The notes under the pieces: generated by a model
The model's input: only the letters and a program-made list of their open reading frames with translations
Told to the model about the DNA's origin: nothing
Databases searched by the model: none
Position numbers and translations under genes: made by a program
NCBI GenBank assembly: GCA_013239625.1
Contig: MU054187.1
Location: forward strand, 9,381,231-9,445,230
Source of the DNA: Lama guanicoe
Lineage: Eukaryota
Direction of reading: 5' to 3'
DNA length: 64,000 nucleotides
Shown here: one piece after another, positions 22,780 to 36,249 of the stretch
How positions within the stretch are numbered: the stretch's first letter is position 1
How the letters are laid out: each line of letters starts with the position of its first letter

Positions 22780-23720
22780 GAGGGATGGCAGCAAAACACG
22801 GCCCCAAAATTCTTGACGTTCCTCTCAAGAGGTGGAATCTGGGTGGGTTGTGACTGGTCTGACCATTGAGGATGACAGAAATGACACTGTGTGACTTCAG
22901 GGCTGGGTCATTAATGGCCATGCAGGTCCCACTGGCTCTCCTGGAATGCCTACTTTCAGGATGCTCCCTCTCAGAATCTAGGCACCACGCTGTGAGACAC
23001 CCAAGCCAAGTGGAGAAGCCACGTTGTAGGTGTTTTAGTCAATAGTGCCAGCTGAGCCCAGACTTTGAATCATCCCAGTTATTATGGGGTTGAATTATGT
23101 CTCCCAAAAAGATACATTGAAGTCTAACCCCCAGTACCTCAGAATGTGACCTTGTTCGGAAACAGAGGCATTGCAGATGTAATTATTTAAGATAAGGCCA
23201 TATTGGAGTGGGCTGGGCCTTTAACACGTCCTTTATGAGAGGTGTGAACATCATGCGAGGACACAGATACACAGGGAAGACAGAGGCAGGGAATGAAATG
23301 CAGCCACAAGTCAGGTAACACCTGGGGGCTACCAGAAGCTGTAAGATATGAGGAAGGATCCTCCCCTAGAAGCTTTGGATGGAGGATGGCCCTGCTGACA
23401 CCTTAATTTCAGTCTTCTAGATTCCAGAACTGTGAAAGAATACATTTCTATTGTTTTAGGCCATCCAATTTTAGTACTTTATTAGAGCAGCCCTAGGAAA
23501 CTAACACATCAGCCCAGGTACCAAATATGTGAATGACAAAGCCCTTGGGGTTGCCAGCCACCAGCCGATCGAGACTTCCCAGCTCAGGACCCAGGCCTGC
23601 AGACAAGCCATCCCACTGCACTGTGAATTCCTGCCCCATCAAATACGTGACCATAATTAAATGATTGCTATTTTATGCTTCTAAGTTTGGAGTATGCTGT
23701 CACACACAATAGTAAGTGGA
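22780..23720 (+). mobile_element. MLT1G/H-like MaLR LTR (outer element of a nested pair)
   Basis: caccacgctgtgagacacccaagcc; agacaagccatcccact...gaattcctg...ctaagtttggagt. Confidence 0.8.
23080..23508 (+). mobile_element. MLT1C-like MaLR LTR nested in the older MLT1
   Basis: ttatggggttgaattatgtctccc...ccctaggaaactaacaca; 5-bp TSD CCAGT (23075-23079) / TCAGC (23509-23513). Confidence 0.9.
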
Positions 23721-23889
23721 GGAGGAGCCATCAGAGTTTCAGACACGGCAGCCCGAGGCCAGATGTCTACACTACACAAAGGACAGACCAGTCATTTCTG
23801 CTCTGAAAGTATGCTGAGCATCCGTGTCTGCCAACAGAAAACGGGAACTCAATCAATGGTCCTGTGGGAAGCACAGGCCTTGAGACAGA

Positions 23890-24085
23890 CGTAACAGGTA
23901 CTGTGAGCCAGGCAATGCTGTGAAAATTTCTCATGGATTGTCTCATTTAGTCCTGCCAACAGTCCAGTGAGGTAGGTCCTATTATTAGGCCCCTTTTAAT
24001 AAATGAGCACAGAGGCACTAATTGGTTGAGAAACCTGCCCTGAGTCACACAGCTAGTTCACGGTAAAGCACAGGCTTCACACTTA
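23890..24085 (-). mobile_element. MIR SINE
   Basis: tctcatttagtcctgccaacagtccagtgaggtagg...ctgccctgagtcacacagctag. Confidence 0.85.
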
Positions 24086-25669
24086 GGGAGACAGCAGCAA
24101 GAATCTAGAGGTTCACTGCAGTCCTGGAAAGAATGGAGGTGATGCAGCTCATCTCCACTGCAGGACTGTGGCCCCAGTGTTTGTTTGCTTACTCAGTGGA
24201 CATTTCTTGAGTTCTGCAATGTGTCACTGTGTCGTTAAGGAAAGCAAGGTCTAATGGAAGATGCAGACATGTAAATAGATTTTTTTTTAGTTCAGTCTCA
24301 CAAGTTGAATTATTTAAAAAGAAACTGTTGTAATTAGGAAACTAAGAGGAAGAAAGCAAACAAGAAAAAGGAAACAATGGGCTTTTCTTGCTGATAGAAG
24401 CAGAGAGAACATTGAGGTCAAGGTAGTTGAAGCTTCTAACTAGAAAACAGAAGTTTGGGGTAATTCAAGCAGCGGAATGTGAAATTCAGCTGTGACCCAG
24501 TTCTATAAATCTAAGCAATGCACCATACACTCTCAGTGGCCCAGGGCATGTGATTAGATCAGATCTAGCACAGCTGGGACAGAAACACTCCTGCTCCCAT
24601 CCAGACGAGTTCACTTTTGGACTGTATTTCCCCCTCAATCACCATATACTCTTTGAGGTTCCAAAGGAAAGAGGAAAGAAGGAAAAGGCAGGGACAAAAA
24701 GTTCAGTGGGAAAAGGTCTTCTCTCCCGCTGCTCAGGGCAGCCTGGCCACCAAGCCCCCTCGCAGTGGTCACCTGGGCAGATGGGCAGAGAAACAAACTC
24801 CAAAATCAGGGAGGATGCCCATCATGATGGCCCTGACTGACATCCAACCACCCTAAGGGTGAGGATGTTGCACTGCTTTGCAAACCTGGCAGAAATAGGT
24901 CAACGAAGCCCCTGGAACCTGACCTCATCCTCCTGGATTTTTATTCCCTCAGCCCAGTCATGACTGCTTTAACCTTTTCTTAAGTGGAATGTTCCTTCAA
25001 CAACTTAAAATAGTTGCAAAAAATGTTTCTCAGAAGAGCAAAGGTCAAAGTAACACGGAGATGGCTCACCTACTTTGTGACTTAAGATGAGAACTTTGGT
25101 TTTTATTTCTGATATATTTTATTACTGCATTCAAAAGAGAGACTAAAAGGCATTTGGAGAGTTTTGGTCATGGAAGGAGTAGCCTGGAACCAGCCCAGGA
25201 TTTCCACAGACCCTCCATCACATCCCCCTATCCTCACATCCTCCCACTAGTCGTCTATGAGGAATGGGGAGACTGGAACCCCTAAAAGCCAAAGCTTTTC
25301 TTGCTTTTACTCAACAGATGCAACTCGGTACCTACTGGTTGCAAAGTAAGGGAGTCATATTTCTAATAGAAGGCTTAATGTCTGCTTCTGAGGACCTTTT
25401 ATTACCTTGATTATCTTGATTGTGTCCAACGGAAATGAAGCCAGGATCACAACCACAGCATACTTGGAAATGGTTTTAAAATTTTCTCAGTTCCCGCTGA
25501 GATACACTCTAAAGCTCTTACTGAAATTTTCCCCCTTTCCATATGAATTAAATGAGATGGAGAAGGAAAGTAAAAAAAAAAAGCCACTGGGAAGAAGACT
25601 TCTTTTGAGTCTCTTGTCACATGCAACATATGACAGATGAGGGATATTTCCCTCACTGAGTTAACTTTG

Positions 25670-25905
25670 GTGTGAGGGGCAGTATAGTTAGAGTCTTCTG
25701 AGCCAGACCTTGTGAGTTTGAATCTGGGATCTGCAGTTTACCAGCTGTGCAATTTAGAACAATCACTTAATCTCTCTGGGCTCCTTTTCCTTATCTGTAA
25801 AATGGCAATAATTGCATCTACCTCCTAGGGTGGTTGTAACCAATAATGAGTTAGCATAGGAAAAGCCTTTTAATAACCGTGCCATAAAGGGTTTGCTATT
25901 ACTGT
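25670..25905 (+). mobile_element. MIR SINE
   Basis: gagccagacc...tttgaatctgg...ttttccttatctgtaaaatggcaataattgcatctacctcctagggtggttgt. Confidence 0.9.
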
Positions 25906-28819
25906 ATTGATGTAGAAAAGGGAGCAAAAGAGTGGAATAAAGTGGGGTAATTGAGACCGTGAAAGACAGAAATCTAGTCCCAGATTCTAGGTCCTCCTTT
26001 GGAAACAACTTAACCACAAGCACCCGTAGTGGTTCTCCCATCCATGTGGAAAGTACCTTCAGCAGCAAGAACGAGTCCTTAATACTTATTCCCAAATCAC
26101 TGTAAACTGTGGGAAGTCACAGAAAGCGAAGGGAAGAACTTTCATTCCTCTATAGGTACAGTGTATCTTGTTGGCAAGATGCGCTATGAGGTATACTTTG
26201 TAGAGCCGATTACTCAAGGATAATTTGAAAACCTTTTAGGAATTTAAAAAATCAAAGGACTGGTGAGGTTGAGTGGGCTTGCCTAGTTGTAAGCTTGCTT
26301 GATGCAGAAAAGTAGAGTGAGTGGGAAAAGGTGAACCTTAAGGATTACGTCTTTCCACTTCTGTCCCAGATGGGTCCTTCATCTACAATTAGTGTTCGTC
26401 CAGCATTGATGTCCTAGACCTTCTCCTTCAGGAGTCTGTATGCCTCAAAGCCTATAACTCTTCTCCCAGCACAATGCCTGACACACAGCACTCCTTGCTT
26501 TCAGAGAAGAATGACTGCATAGACATGTGGATGATATACTAGACAGATGAGATAGATAGCTGTGAACTTCTTCAGATACCTAATCTATTTGAAAGATAAG
26601 TATCTAGTTTTTCACAAATCCCCAAGATCTTAATTATGGAAATTTCTAGATTTCGCCCAAATCAGTTTTCCTTACAGACATAGGCTTCTTGTGCATATCA
26701 TTATACCACAAATTGTCTCTTCAATTTCCACTAAAATTTATCTCTCACTTGATGAGCAATTTTTGTACTAGCTAAGACACCAGCTGAAACTGTTTCACAA
26801 AGTACTTTTTCTTTCTTTTTGTGGAAAATATATGGTGAATTGCTTATATTCATAGAACCGGGTCACTGCTGAATTTCACATTCCACTGCTTGATTTACCC
26901 CAAACTTCTGTTTTCTAGTTAAGAACTATAACTGTCTTCAGCCTCAACTTTCTCTTTACTTCAATCAGCAACACTGGGTTATCTTAATTTTCAATTTAAA
27001 AAAAAAACACAGAAAAATCTAATTCTTTTATTTCACGAACTCACCATGAGATGTGGTAGTCTGGGCAGGGGGCTGGTGAACTCACTACCTAAGGGTCTTG
27101 AACTCACATACCTTCTGAAATGGAAACGCTGGACATAGAATTTGCTCCCATCTTGAGTCCCCACGATGTTGTATCTCACCCGCAGGCCACCTCCACTCAT
27201 ATTTGTATGACTTTTTTCATCATAAATAAGACACCTCAGTAACAACAGATTTCATATGTACAACCATCTGAAGAGAATGACAGCAATATTATCAATATTT
27301 CAAAGCACTTTCTATAGCGTTAAGACAGTGAACAGATACAGGGTTCTTTGTTCTCCAACATTTATTCAATGGTTTGGGGGAAGCCCCCACTATTTTAAGG
27401 TAATATATAATAAAGTGTCTCTTGGAGATAACACCATTTATTTTAAGGTTTAGAAATGAAGGAATATTTTTGGTAAGGAGTGATGTCAAGTACTGTATGC
27501 TATGAGGCAGGGTGTACAACTCACATACATCCTTGCTTTGCTGGCTGACCTTTCAGTTCCTATTCCAAGGAGGTGCAAAAACCAATCTCTTGGATTTCTG
27601 GACTTGATTTTTGAGGCTTGAGCAGGTAGAGGACTACTTGCTTTTCTAGAACTACTTTGCTTGGGTTACGCCCTGTAAAATATTCCAAGGGTTATGGTCT
27701 ATTCGTTTTGAATCTATCTAAATATTAAGATATAATGGGTATCACTAAATATTCTTCTTGTGCTGCCTGGAAATAGATGGAGCTTAAATTTCAAGCCTGT
27801 TATTAAAATGGCAAATCCTTCCACTAGGAAGTCATCCTTCAAAATCGTCTTTACACAAAGGAAGATGCTCCTGGGCTGAATGTTCCTTTCTCTTCCCTGT
27901 TGGCCTTTGCTCTGCTTTCATCCTGGTCTCAGCCCCGCCCATGCCTCATTAAAACCATTTCATTGTGGACTGATGAATAAAAAAGAAACCAATGACATGT
28001 AAAAGGACCTCTTTTCTAACAACTCCAGCTTCATAAAAGCTAAAATCTCTTTACTGATAACAATGGCTGAGGCTGGAGCAGTGCTTTACCTTTTCAAAGC
28101 CCTTGGTTCCACAGCCATCTCTCCTTGGAGCTCTCAGAGGTTGGCAATTATCACAGTGAAGTGCTTGTAATGATCTGCTCAGGCCCCCTGACCATTGTGA
28201 GACAACCCCTGGGACCTCCATTCAGGGCATTAGATGTAACTAGGCTTCTAATGATCACATTATGCAGCTTTGAAATAAACTGAAAATTTGGATTTTATTC
28301 TATTAAGAAAATACATCTGGAGCCCACTTAGAGACACAGGACCCACTAACATAGCTGACAGCTCTGATCCCATGGTAGCTAAATGCTACTTTTCCACGCA
28401 CACTCACGTCTTCATGGTGGTCACTTTGCCCAAATCAGTTGGCAGCAATACGAGTCAATTATTAAGAGGCCAGTATAAGTCCTTTCTTTTTCTGAAAGAG
28501 ATACCCTGACATAATAGTTGAGGGTTTATAGCATCCTTTGAGATTACAGCAATTTCCCCAACTGGTGTGAATATCAGAATGCCCTGAGGACATGTTAAAA
28601 TTCGCTACTTCAAATTTACCAAATTAGATTTTCCAAGGCATGCATATGCCCAGGAAAGTATGACAAGCACCAGTTTCATAACAATCTTTATTTGAAAAAC
28701 AATTGTAAAAACACAATTCAATTTTATTTCAAATATTTATGAAGTGAATATTGTGTCCTTCCTGCTAGATTCTCTGATAGATACAGAGAGAAATAAGATA
28801 ATAAATATACAATAAAATC

Positions 28820-29020
28820 ATTTCTTTCCTGTGTACCAGGTGCTTTGCACAATCATCTCTAAAATCTTCATGACAAATGAATGAGGTAAACTGTAGATTC
28901 TCATTTCACAGATAAGGAAAATGGAGCTTAGAAAAGCTAAGTCGGTTGCTCATACAGCTCGTAAAGAATGGAATCCCAGTCATCCTGGCTGCTCATTCCA
29001 TGCCCCTTCCACCATCTCCA
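28820..29020 (-). mobile_element. MIR SINE
   Basis: attctcatttcacagataaggaaaatggagcttaga. Confidence 0.85.
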
Positions 29021-29609
29021 CTGCTTTACTTTTCTCCTCAAATGAGACAAGCCCAGATGGTACTCATAGGGGGTCCAAGCGTAAGTGGAGGCCCAGCCAC
29101 ACTGCAAATATCATAGAAAATTTTACTTCATGTTTCTAAGCAAATTTTGATGCATGCGGGGGCTTGTGAAAACCTTACTTGAAAGGGGCTAAATTGTTTA
29201 TGATAATTAAGCATTCAGGACTCTTCAGAAAGTTCATGGCCATCAGTCATTCCATGAACTTGCTCACATCAGAGCATGAATGTGTGGTCCCTTTATGTGA
29301 GGCTCTGAAAAGCCCAAAGAAAACCCATGTGCCCCCAGAGGTGGACAGGCATAGTGAGTGCTGCTCAGACAGGCAGGAACACTTCTCTTCCTCATGGTTG
29401 CCTTTAATGTTCCTTTACATAGAATGGGGACTGACCTTAAAATAAAGTGATCAAGTTTGGTCTTAATTCTGTGCCCCCTTCCTCTCTTCCTTGTTTCTCA
29501 GCATCTTCATGCTCCCAGGTACCCACAGCTGTCTGTGGAGCCTACCAGAGAGCCAGGCTCATCACGTGGAGTTGCTGGTGTTTCTTCCCCTCTCACTTCC
29601 TTGCAATCC

Positions 29610-29931
29610 CTTATCGAAACATTTACTTCCCCAAGTTCTGGGGGCTGGAAATCCAAGATCAGGGTGCCAGTATGGCTGGGTTCTTGGTGAGGGTCCTCTT
29701 CCAGGTTACGTCCTCACACGGTCTTCCTCTGTGTGCACGCACAGAGAGAGATCTTGTGTCTCCTCTCCTTTCTATAAGGGCACTAACTGCATCATAGTGT
29801 TCCCACCTTCATGATCTCATCTACCCTTACTTACTTCCCAAAGGCCTCACCACCAAATACCATCATATTGTGGATTAGAGTTTCAACACATGAATTTGGA
29901 GGGGAGGGGACACAAACACTCAGTCTGTGGC
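29610..29931 (-). mobile_element. MLT1A-like MaLR LTR, partial
   Basis: gttctgggggctggaaatccaagatcagggtgccag...cccaaaggcctcaccaccaaataccatca...ggacacaaacactcagtctgtggca. Confidence 0.9.
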
Positions 29932-30332
29932 ACCTGGGATCCTTGCTACAGTGTTAAACCTCGCATCCCAAGAAAATGTCCCCAATAAGATGAATTCTTG
30001 CTAATCTAGTCATACATTCCAGTATTCTTGATCAAGAACCCTCAAAATCTAGTTCTGGGGGTACTTCCCTGATGGCAGGTACATTCTAGCTAATTCTTGA
30101 AGCTCCTTCAGTGTATGATCTTTGTCCTCCTTTATGAGGCCCAGTGTCCCAGCCAGGTTATGCTGGGATGTAACCCGTCATCCACTTGGCAGCCGAGTGA
30201 GGAAGGGGGAGCAGCTCCTGCTGCCTCGTGGAGATGAGAACTCAGCACAGCATCTCCCAGCACAGAGGAAGTGCTGGCTCGTACTAGGGGCACTTTGAGC
30301 GCTCAGGGAAGTCTTCAGAGACATCTGGATGG

Positions 30333-30402
30333 ATGTTGCAGGGTCCCAGGTTTTCTCAACCAGGGCCATGTTGCAGGGTCCCAGGTTTTCTCAACCAGGG
30401 CC
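30333..30402. repeat. Perfect 35-bp tandem duplication
   Basis: ATGTTGCAGGGTCCCAGGTTTTCTCAACCAGGGCC at 30333-30367 and 30368-30402. Confidence 0.97.
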
Positions 30403-30899
30403 CTGACATGGCATGACAGACCTGCCTCCACTGAGCACTGGAAATCTCTGAGCTCTGAGATGCTCTCTAAAGATACTGCTCAGCTGGGTCTCTTTGTAAG
30501 CTCTCACAGAAAGCCTCTGGCTCTCACAGTTAGCCTTTCACTGCCTGTCAAAGGCCCTCTGTTTCTCACAGAAAGGTCCCCATCTCATTCTCAGCGGGGC
30601 ACTGGTGCAGCTGAACAGTCACCGGCTGATACCGCTGCCTTTGTAGACAACTCCCTCTCGCCCTGTAATTTTCAAAGCCTGAATAACTGCTCTCGCCAGG
30701 GGGATGCCCTCACTGGGGGTTCTCCCAAGTCATCCCCAGTGAAGTTCAGCGCTTGGGCCTCCGCCCATGCCAGGCCTTACTCCTGCCCTAAACAGCGCTC
30801 AGGATGCTGCCCTCTTTGCCTTCCAGGCTGTGAGGAAGCCTGCTTCACAGCCCCATCTTACCACCGGCTTCCTCAGACCACTCCTGGCACCACTTGCGT

Positions 30900-31325
30900 C
30901 CTTTTGGGTCCTCCAAGGGTTGGCTAATGTGAGAGATTTGCCTATGAAGGATAAATGCGAGGGAGCAGGAGAAGGCAGTAAGGGCCTTCAGACCACAGTG
31001 CAGGTCTGCTAGCTGTGAATGGGAGGGGAATGGAGGGGACTGGGTAGGAAGAGCCTGGGACAGCGGCACAGTGCCTGGAAAAGTTCAACCTAATCAGGGC
31101 TGATGAGGGAGTCCTAGAGTCAAAGTCACCTGTTGGAGATCTGCTATCTCTCAGGAACAGACCCGCATTACCACCCTTACTGTGGTCAGCCATTGGCTGG
31201 GAGTGGCCCAAGTTTCGTCCTGATGCGAACGTGGTGGAGGTCCCAGTGGGCTAGCAGCTGAGGCTGCCAGTCAACAAGGCTCCCTCCAGCAGAACTGAAC
31301 AGTGCATTTTCATGACAGTGACACA
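30900..31325 (-). mobile_element. ERVL LTR16-like solo LTR
   Basis: gccttcagaccacagtgcaggtctg; cagccattggctgggag; gcagctgaggctgccagtcaac. Confidence 0.7.
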
Positions 31326-31769
31326 CTAATGACCCAACTAGGTCTGGCCAGGATGTTAATGATGGATAATGGCTTGAACATTAGTCACTCCAGATAACAT
31401 TCCCACTTTGATAGCTCTATACAAAGGAATGACAATAATAGAGTAATTTTAAGATATGCAGCAGGATCAATGGAAAAATAATTTGGTGAAATTGAGTCTT
31501 CCTTTGCCCTCCTCACATCATACTACATAGGAAGGTTTTCTGTACAGCACACATGCCCTTGATGGCCTCATAAAAAGAAATCATGCCATTTTAGAACTCA
31601 AAGGAAGATGACTCAGTTTGGGAGTAGGGAATGAAATGTTCAAAATAAAGCCCATTTCTGCCTCCCTATCTTGAGTTGAGAGGTGAACAGTATTACAATT
31701 GAATGAAGCAATTTTTCCACCTGCATTTTTAATAACCAGGGAAAGAGAGTGGTGATGCCAGCCTGCACA

Positions 31770-32720
31770 GACTCTTAAAATTGGAAGGGACCTTATAAAT
31801 CATGTTCATTGTACATCATCTTCCTGTCTGGCAGCAAACCTCTGTGCAAGGTTCTTATCCCAAATTCCCAAGCGGTTAATTGTCCTTGGTTTGCATGCCT
31901 CCAGTGACAGTGAACTCACTGCTTCCTGAGATAATTCATTTTGTGGCTAGACTGCTCTAGTTCTATGATGTTGTTTTTAAAAAAGTGATTGAGTCTGCTA
32001 TATGTGGCCACGTTTTTCCACATATTATCTCATTGATTCCTTATTATCACCAGGGAGGAAGATTTTCCCCCCATTTTAAAAATGGGGAGCCTGAGACAGA
32101 GTGACTAAGTGATTTGTCTGATGTCACACAGCTGGAACTCAACTTCAAGCCCAGTTCCCTTCCTCAGTCTCCCCTTGATGCTTTAGATTGTGTTGGGATC
32201 TGTCTCTAGTTTCAGTTTTGATTCTAGTTCACACAGCACAAACCTAATGCTATACATGATGCTCATGACGCTCCTTCAAATACTTGAGTCAGGCCTTACA
32301 TTATTCTGGGGGGCGTTTTCACCTCCAGGGTAAACACCCGCTTTCTTCAATTATTCCTCAAATGCATCATCCTCAGATGTCCCCAGACACGCTCACCCAG
32401 AGGTGCTCAGGTTCCTAATATCTCTTTTAATGTGATGCCCACTAAACCGAGCACATCTTCTAGGCACTTTATGACTTGTACAATGTGGAAGGAAACCATC
32501 GCCTCCCTTTCCCCACACACTGTACTTCTGCTGACAGAAGCACATCATGCTATTGACTCAATAAACTTATAAGCAACTAAAGCCTATTAAACTCAGGCAG
32601 CTATTAAATTATATCTCCCCCTCATTCTGCATTGGTTCAAATTTTTTTGGATTATATTCATTTTACTCAACTTTAAGCATATGAAAAAATCAGTCTATTG
32701 TTCTGGCCTGCTAAAATTCT
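31770..32720 (-). mobile_element. L3/CR1 LINE remnant, interrupted by a MIR (~31995-32160)
   Basis: ggaagggacctta; cctccagtgacagtgaactcactgcttcctgag; ccttcaaatacttga; cacactgtacttct. Confidence 0.65.
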
Positions 32721-32904
32721 TAACTCTCTCATTTGCAATCATGCCATCATCTGTAAATCAGGGCTGTGAAAGAACATCTGAGTCCTAAGAAACACTGTGG
32801 GGACCAGCCTGTCCCATTACCACCTATCATCACAGGACCTAGTAAGACCTTGTTCCCTCCTTCTACTTCCACTATCCTGTCATAATGCTCCCCTCTCCCT
32901 CCTA

Positions 32905-33060
32905 CTCACAGCACAGCCCCTGGACCAGAAGCATCAGCTCACCTGGGAGCTTATTAGAAAATGTAGGCTCCCAAGCCCACCCCAGTCTTATAGGATCAGA
33001 ACCCACATGTCAACAAGATTCCAAGTTAATTCATGTGCACATCAAATTTTAGCTGCTCCA
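32905..33060. mobile_element. MER5A-like hAT-Charlie element
   Basis: cctggaccagaagcatcagctcacctgggagcttattagaaaatgtaggctc...aacaagattcc. Confidence 0.85.
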
Positions 33061-34199
33061 GCCTAATGTACCTTGAGCAGGTGACTTAACTCAGTTTCCT
33101 CATCTATCAAATGAGAGAGAAGGATGAGCAGCTAAGAGCCTCACAGCTCCTCAGTCCTCTAATCCTCCGCTTTCTCTTACTTCCTCAGGTGCCTTGAACT
33201 GTCCCCAGAACTGTCCTGCAGTTCCACTGTGAAGACAAGGGGAAATTGATGGCTGATATAAAGATATATTTCATCCCTTGAAATATTAATAGCAATAAAT
33301 GAGAATCTTTAGCTCAGGAGGGGCAAGGCACTGGTTCTGCAGCCTAGAGTCAGTCCATCTCTGTCCTAATTGAATGCCAGACGTTTAGCTGAGTTCCAGA
33401 AATAAGGCACTAGCACAGAGACCCACGCCATGAAAGGGCTCTGAGAATGTCTTGTTCATCTGCAGGGAGGGTGGACTGAAAAGCGTACCTCTCCCTGGGA
33501 GAAAAAAGAACAGGCTCCTTTTGAATCAGTTATTCTGAGTTCAACTTCTAGCCAGTGTGCCCATGTGTAAATCAGGGGTAGTAAAAGCACCCATGTCCTG
33601 GGTCACCCTGAGGTTTACATGAGATTACTTCTGTGACATGCTTAGCTCAGAAGAACTCAATAAATACTTAATATTGCTTTAATTGTTAGTCTTCCATCTC
33701 TAAAACAGGGATATTTTTAATTATCCCATAGGTTTGGTGTAACTAAGAGAGTATATAAAAATAAAAAGACAATACACACATATATATACATATTTTATAC
33801 ATACATAATATATACGTATACTAGCAAAATGCTCTAGGTCTTCAGACCCAACTGATTTTTTAAAAAAATATTAAAAAGCTGCTGTCTCAAAGAATATGCA
33901 ATGTAGGTAGGGGTGAAAAGACAAAAATCATAAATTATTGTAATGACAAGGTGGAGTGGCAAGACAGAGATGGGGTTATTAAACAATATGACACTATTGT
34001 GATTTATTTAAATCTAAAGAATTGGTATGATTTAGTAGAAATCTCTTCTAGGGAAAACAGAAAAGTTTGTGCATTTATTAAGAAATGCCTCATCAAACAG
34101 AGTATTTAATAGCATCTGGCTAACAGATCCTGTCACAACTTCTGCCAACTCTTTACTAAATATTTACAATATGCATACATACTTAAGAAAGCAAAAAAT

Positions 34200-36245
34200 A
34201 TATACATAGCAGAATTATGATCATAAGGAGAATTCAACCTATGTCTCTCAGAAGTTGACAAATTATGCAGACAAAAATAAGACTGGAATGCATTTGAGTA
34301 ACATAATTAATAAGCTAAATCGAACAGATAAAAGATCACTTTATGGATTAGAAAAGAAAGTCATAGTCTTTTAGAAATCATATAGGTGAATTAAAATAAA
34401 TCACCTAAGCATCAAATTCACAAACTAGAAACAGAACAATAAAATAATAGTCAATAGAAGTAGAAAGGAAGAATAAAGAAGTATAATGTAGAAAAAATTA
34501 ATAGAATACATAGAAGAATAGACATGATCAAGAAAATTATAGTTCTTTGCAAAGACAAATGAAATAAATACACCTCTGTGTCTGATGACAGAAAAGAAAT
34601 AATATAAATAAAAATACTAAAAATTAGAAAGAGAAAGTAATTCCAACTAGAGATAAACAGAAAGATACTATGTAAAATTTTGAAGAAATAAATTTGAAAA
34701 CCTAAATGAAGTGGATAATTTTTAAGGAAAATAAAATTATCAAAATTGACTTAAGAAGCAGTAGAAACCTGCACAGAAGTAATTGTGAAGAAAAATGAAA
34801 AAGTAGTCACAGAGCTAACCCTAATGAAAAGGCACCAAAGTCACAAGATTTGGGGTGAGTTCTACAAAATGCTAGAGAAACATACCAGTTTTATATAATT
34901 CACACTATTTAAGAGCAGAAATGAGAAACTTCTCAACTCACTCTGCTAGTCTATCCTAACCCTGACACCATAATTGGCTAAAAACAGCAAACACGCACAC
35001 GCACACGCACACGCACACACACACACACACACAACTCTAGGTCATTTTCTCTAGTGAGCATGAGATAAACAATTCTGCGTGAAAAACTAGAAAACGGAAT
35101 CGGCAAGACAGTTGGTGAATATGCATCCTAGTCCAGCAGGTTGTATCTCAGGATTGCAACGATTTGTTACTAAGCCAGTTGATGTAATTCATAACAGATT
35201 ACATACAAAAAATTTTGATCATTTCAAATTACTGTAAAAAATGTCTGATAATGTTTAAAATTCTTATCTGACTTTGAAAAAAATATACTAGGAATGGGGT
35301 GGGGGTGAACTTCCTTAAGGTAAAATACATCTACTATAAACATGACAGCAAATATTATACTTAGAGTTGATGTTAAATAAATCTTACTAAAAGCGGAAGA
35401 CAAGGATGCAGGCAGCTAGGCAATATTGTATTGGAGCGCTGACCTATTCCATCAAGATGACAAAAAGAAATGAGAGAAAACTGTCATTACTTGTATAAAA
35501 TACAGATAATCCAACAGAATCAACTGAAAACTATTGTTAGAATTAATGAGACCAATAAAGTTGCAGGATATAAACAAACCAAAAAATTTATATATTAGCT
35601 ATAATCAATTTTAAAAGGTCATTAAAAAGGGGTTCTGTTCAAGCTAGTAACCAATAAACAAACTGACCATCCTAGCAAAAAAATCTAGCAAGAAATACAG
35701 AGGATCTATAAAAAAAAATCAACTGAACATAACAGAAGATTGGAATAACAAGGGCAAAAATCATTATTTTAATGTTTTCAATTTTCCTCCGAAATTAGTC
35801 AATAAGTGCAATGTAATCCCAATACAAATCCCAACAGAATACTTTAAGGAAATTTAACAAGTTGGTTTCAAAAAAATGTTCACAAAGAGAAAAAAATATA
35901 AAAATGACCAACATGTCTTTGAAACAGAAGAACAACTTTCTGTTGTAAGGTTTCAAAATACACGATATGGCTATTAGCACTAATGTAATACAATACAGGC
36001 TCAGAAATAAACAAACTAATCACTGAAGGATATAAAGAATCCAGAAAAGTAGCCCCTGTCCCTCGCCCTGTCCCCCTTCCCGCCTCTCTTCTCCCTTTCC
36101 ACACATATATACACACATACAAGTGTCTACATGTGTGCACATACACCCTTGAATTCGGTTAATATTAGGTGTGAAATTTCATATCAGGGGCAGGGGAGTA
36201 AAGTAGAATATTCAGTAAGTAGTTGGGGTGTTATTAGCTTTCCAT
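34200..36245 (+). mobile_element. Ancient, decayed L1 ORF2 region (L1M/L1ME-type)
   Basis: aaatttgaaaacctaaatgaagtggataatttt...aaattatcaaaattgactt; aaaactattgttagaattaatgag; tgcaatgtaatcccaat. Confidence 0.8.
34991..35033. repeat. (CACGCA)n/(CA)n compound microsatellite
   Basis: 43 bp of uninterrupted purine-pyrimidine alternation; potential Z-DNA. Confidence 0.95.
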
Positions 36246-36249
36246 CTCA

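Noticed and set aside
30333-30402. 35-bp direct repeat as a CRISPR array
   Set aside because: Two adjacent copies, no spacer, no cas genes, mammalian context
30271-30927. 218-aa ORF, the longest without Ns
   Set aside because: GTG start, no recognisable domain, depends on a non-triplet duplication and runs into an LTR
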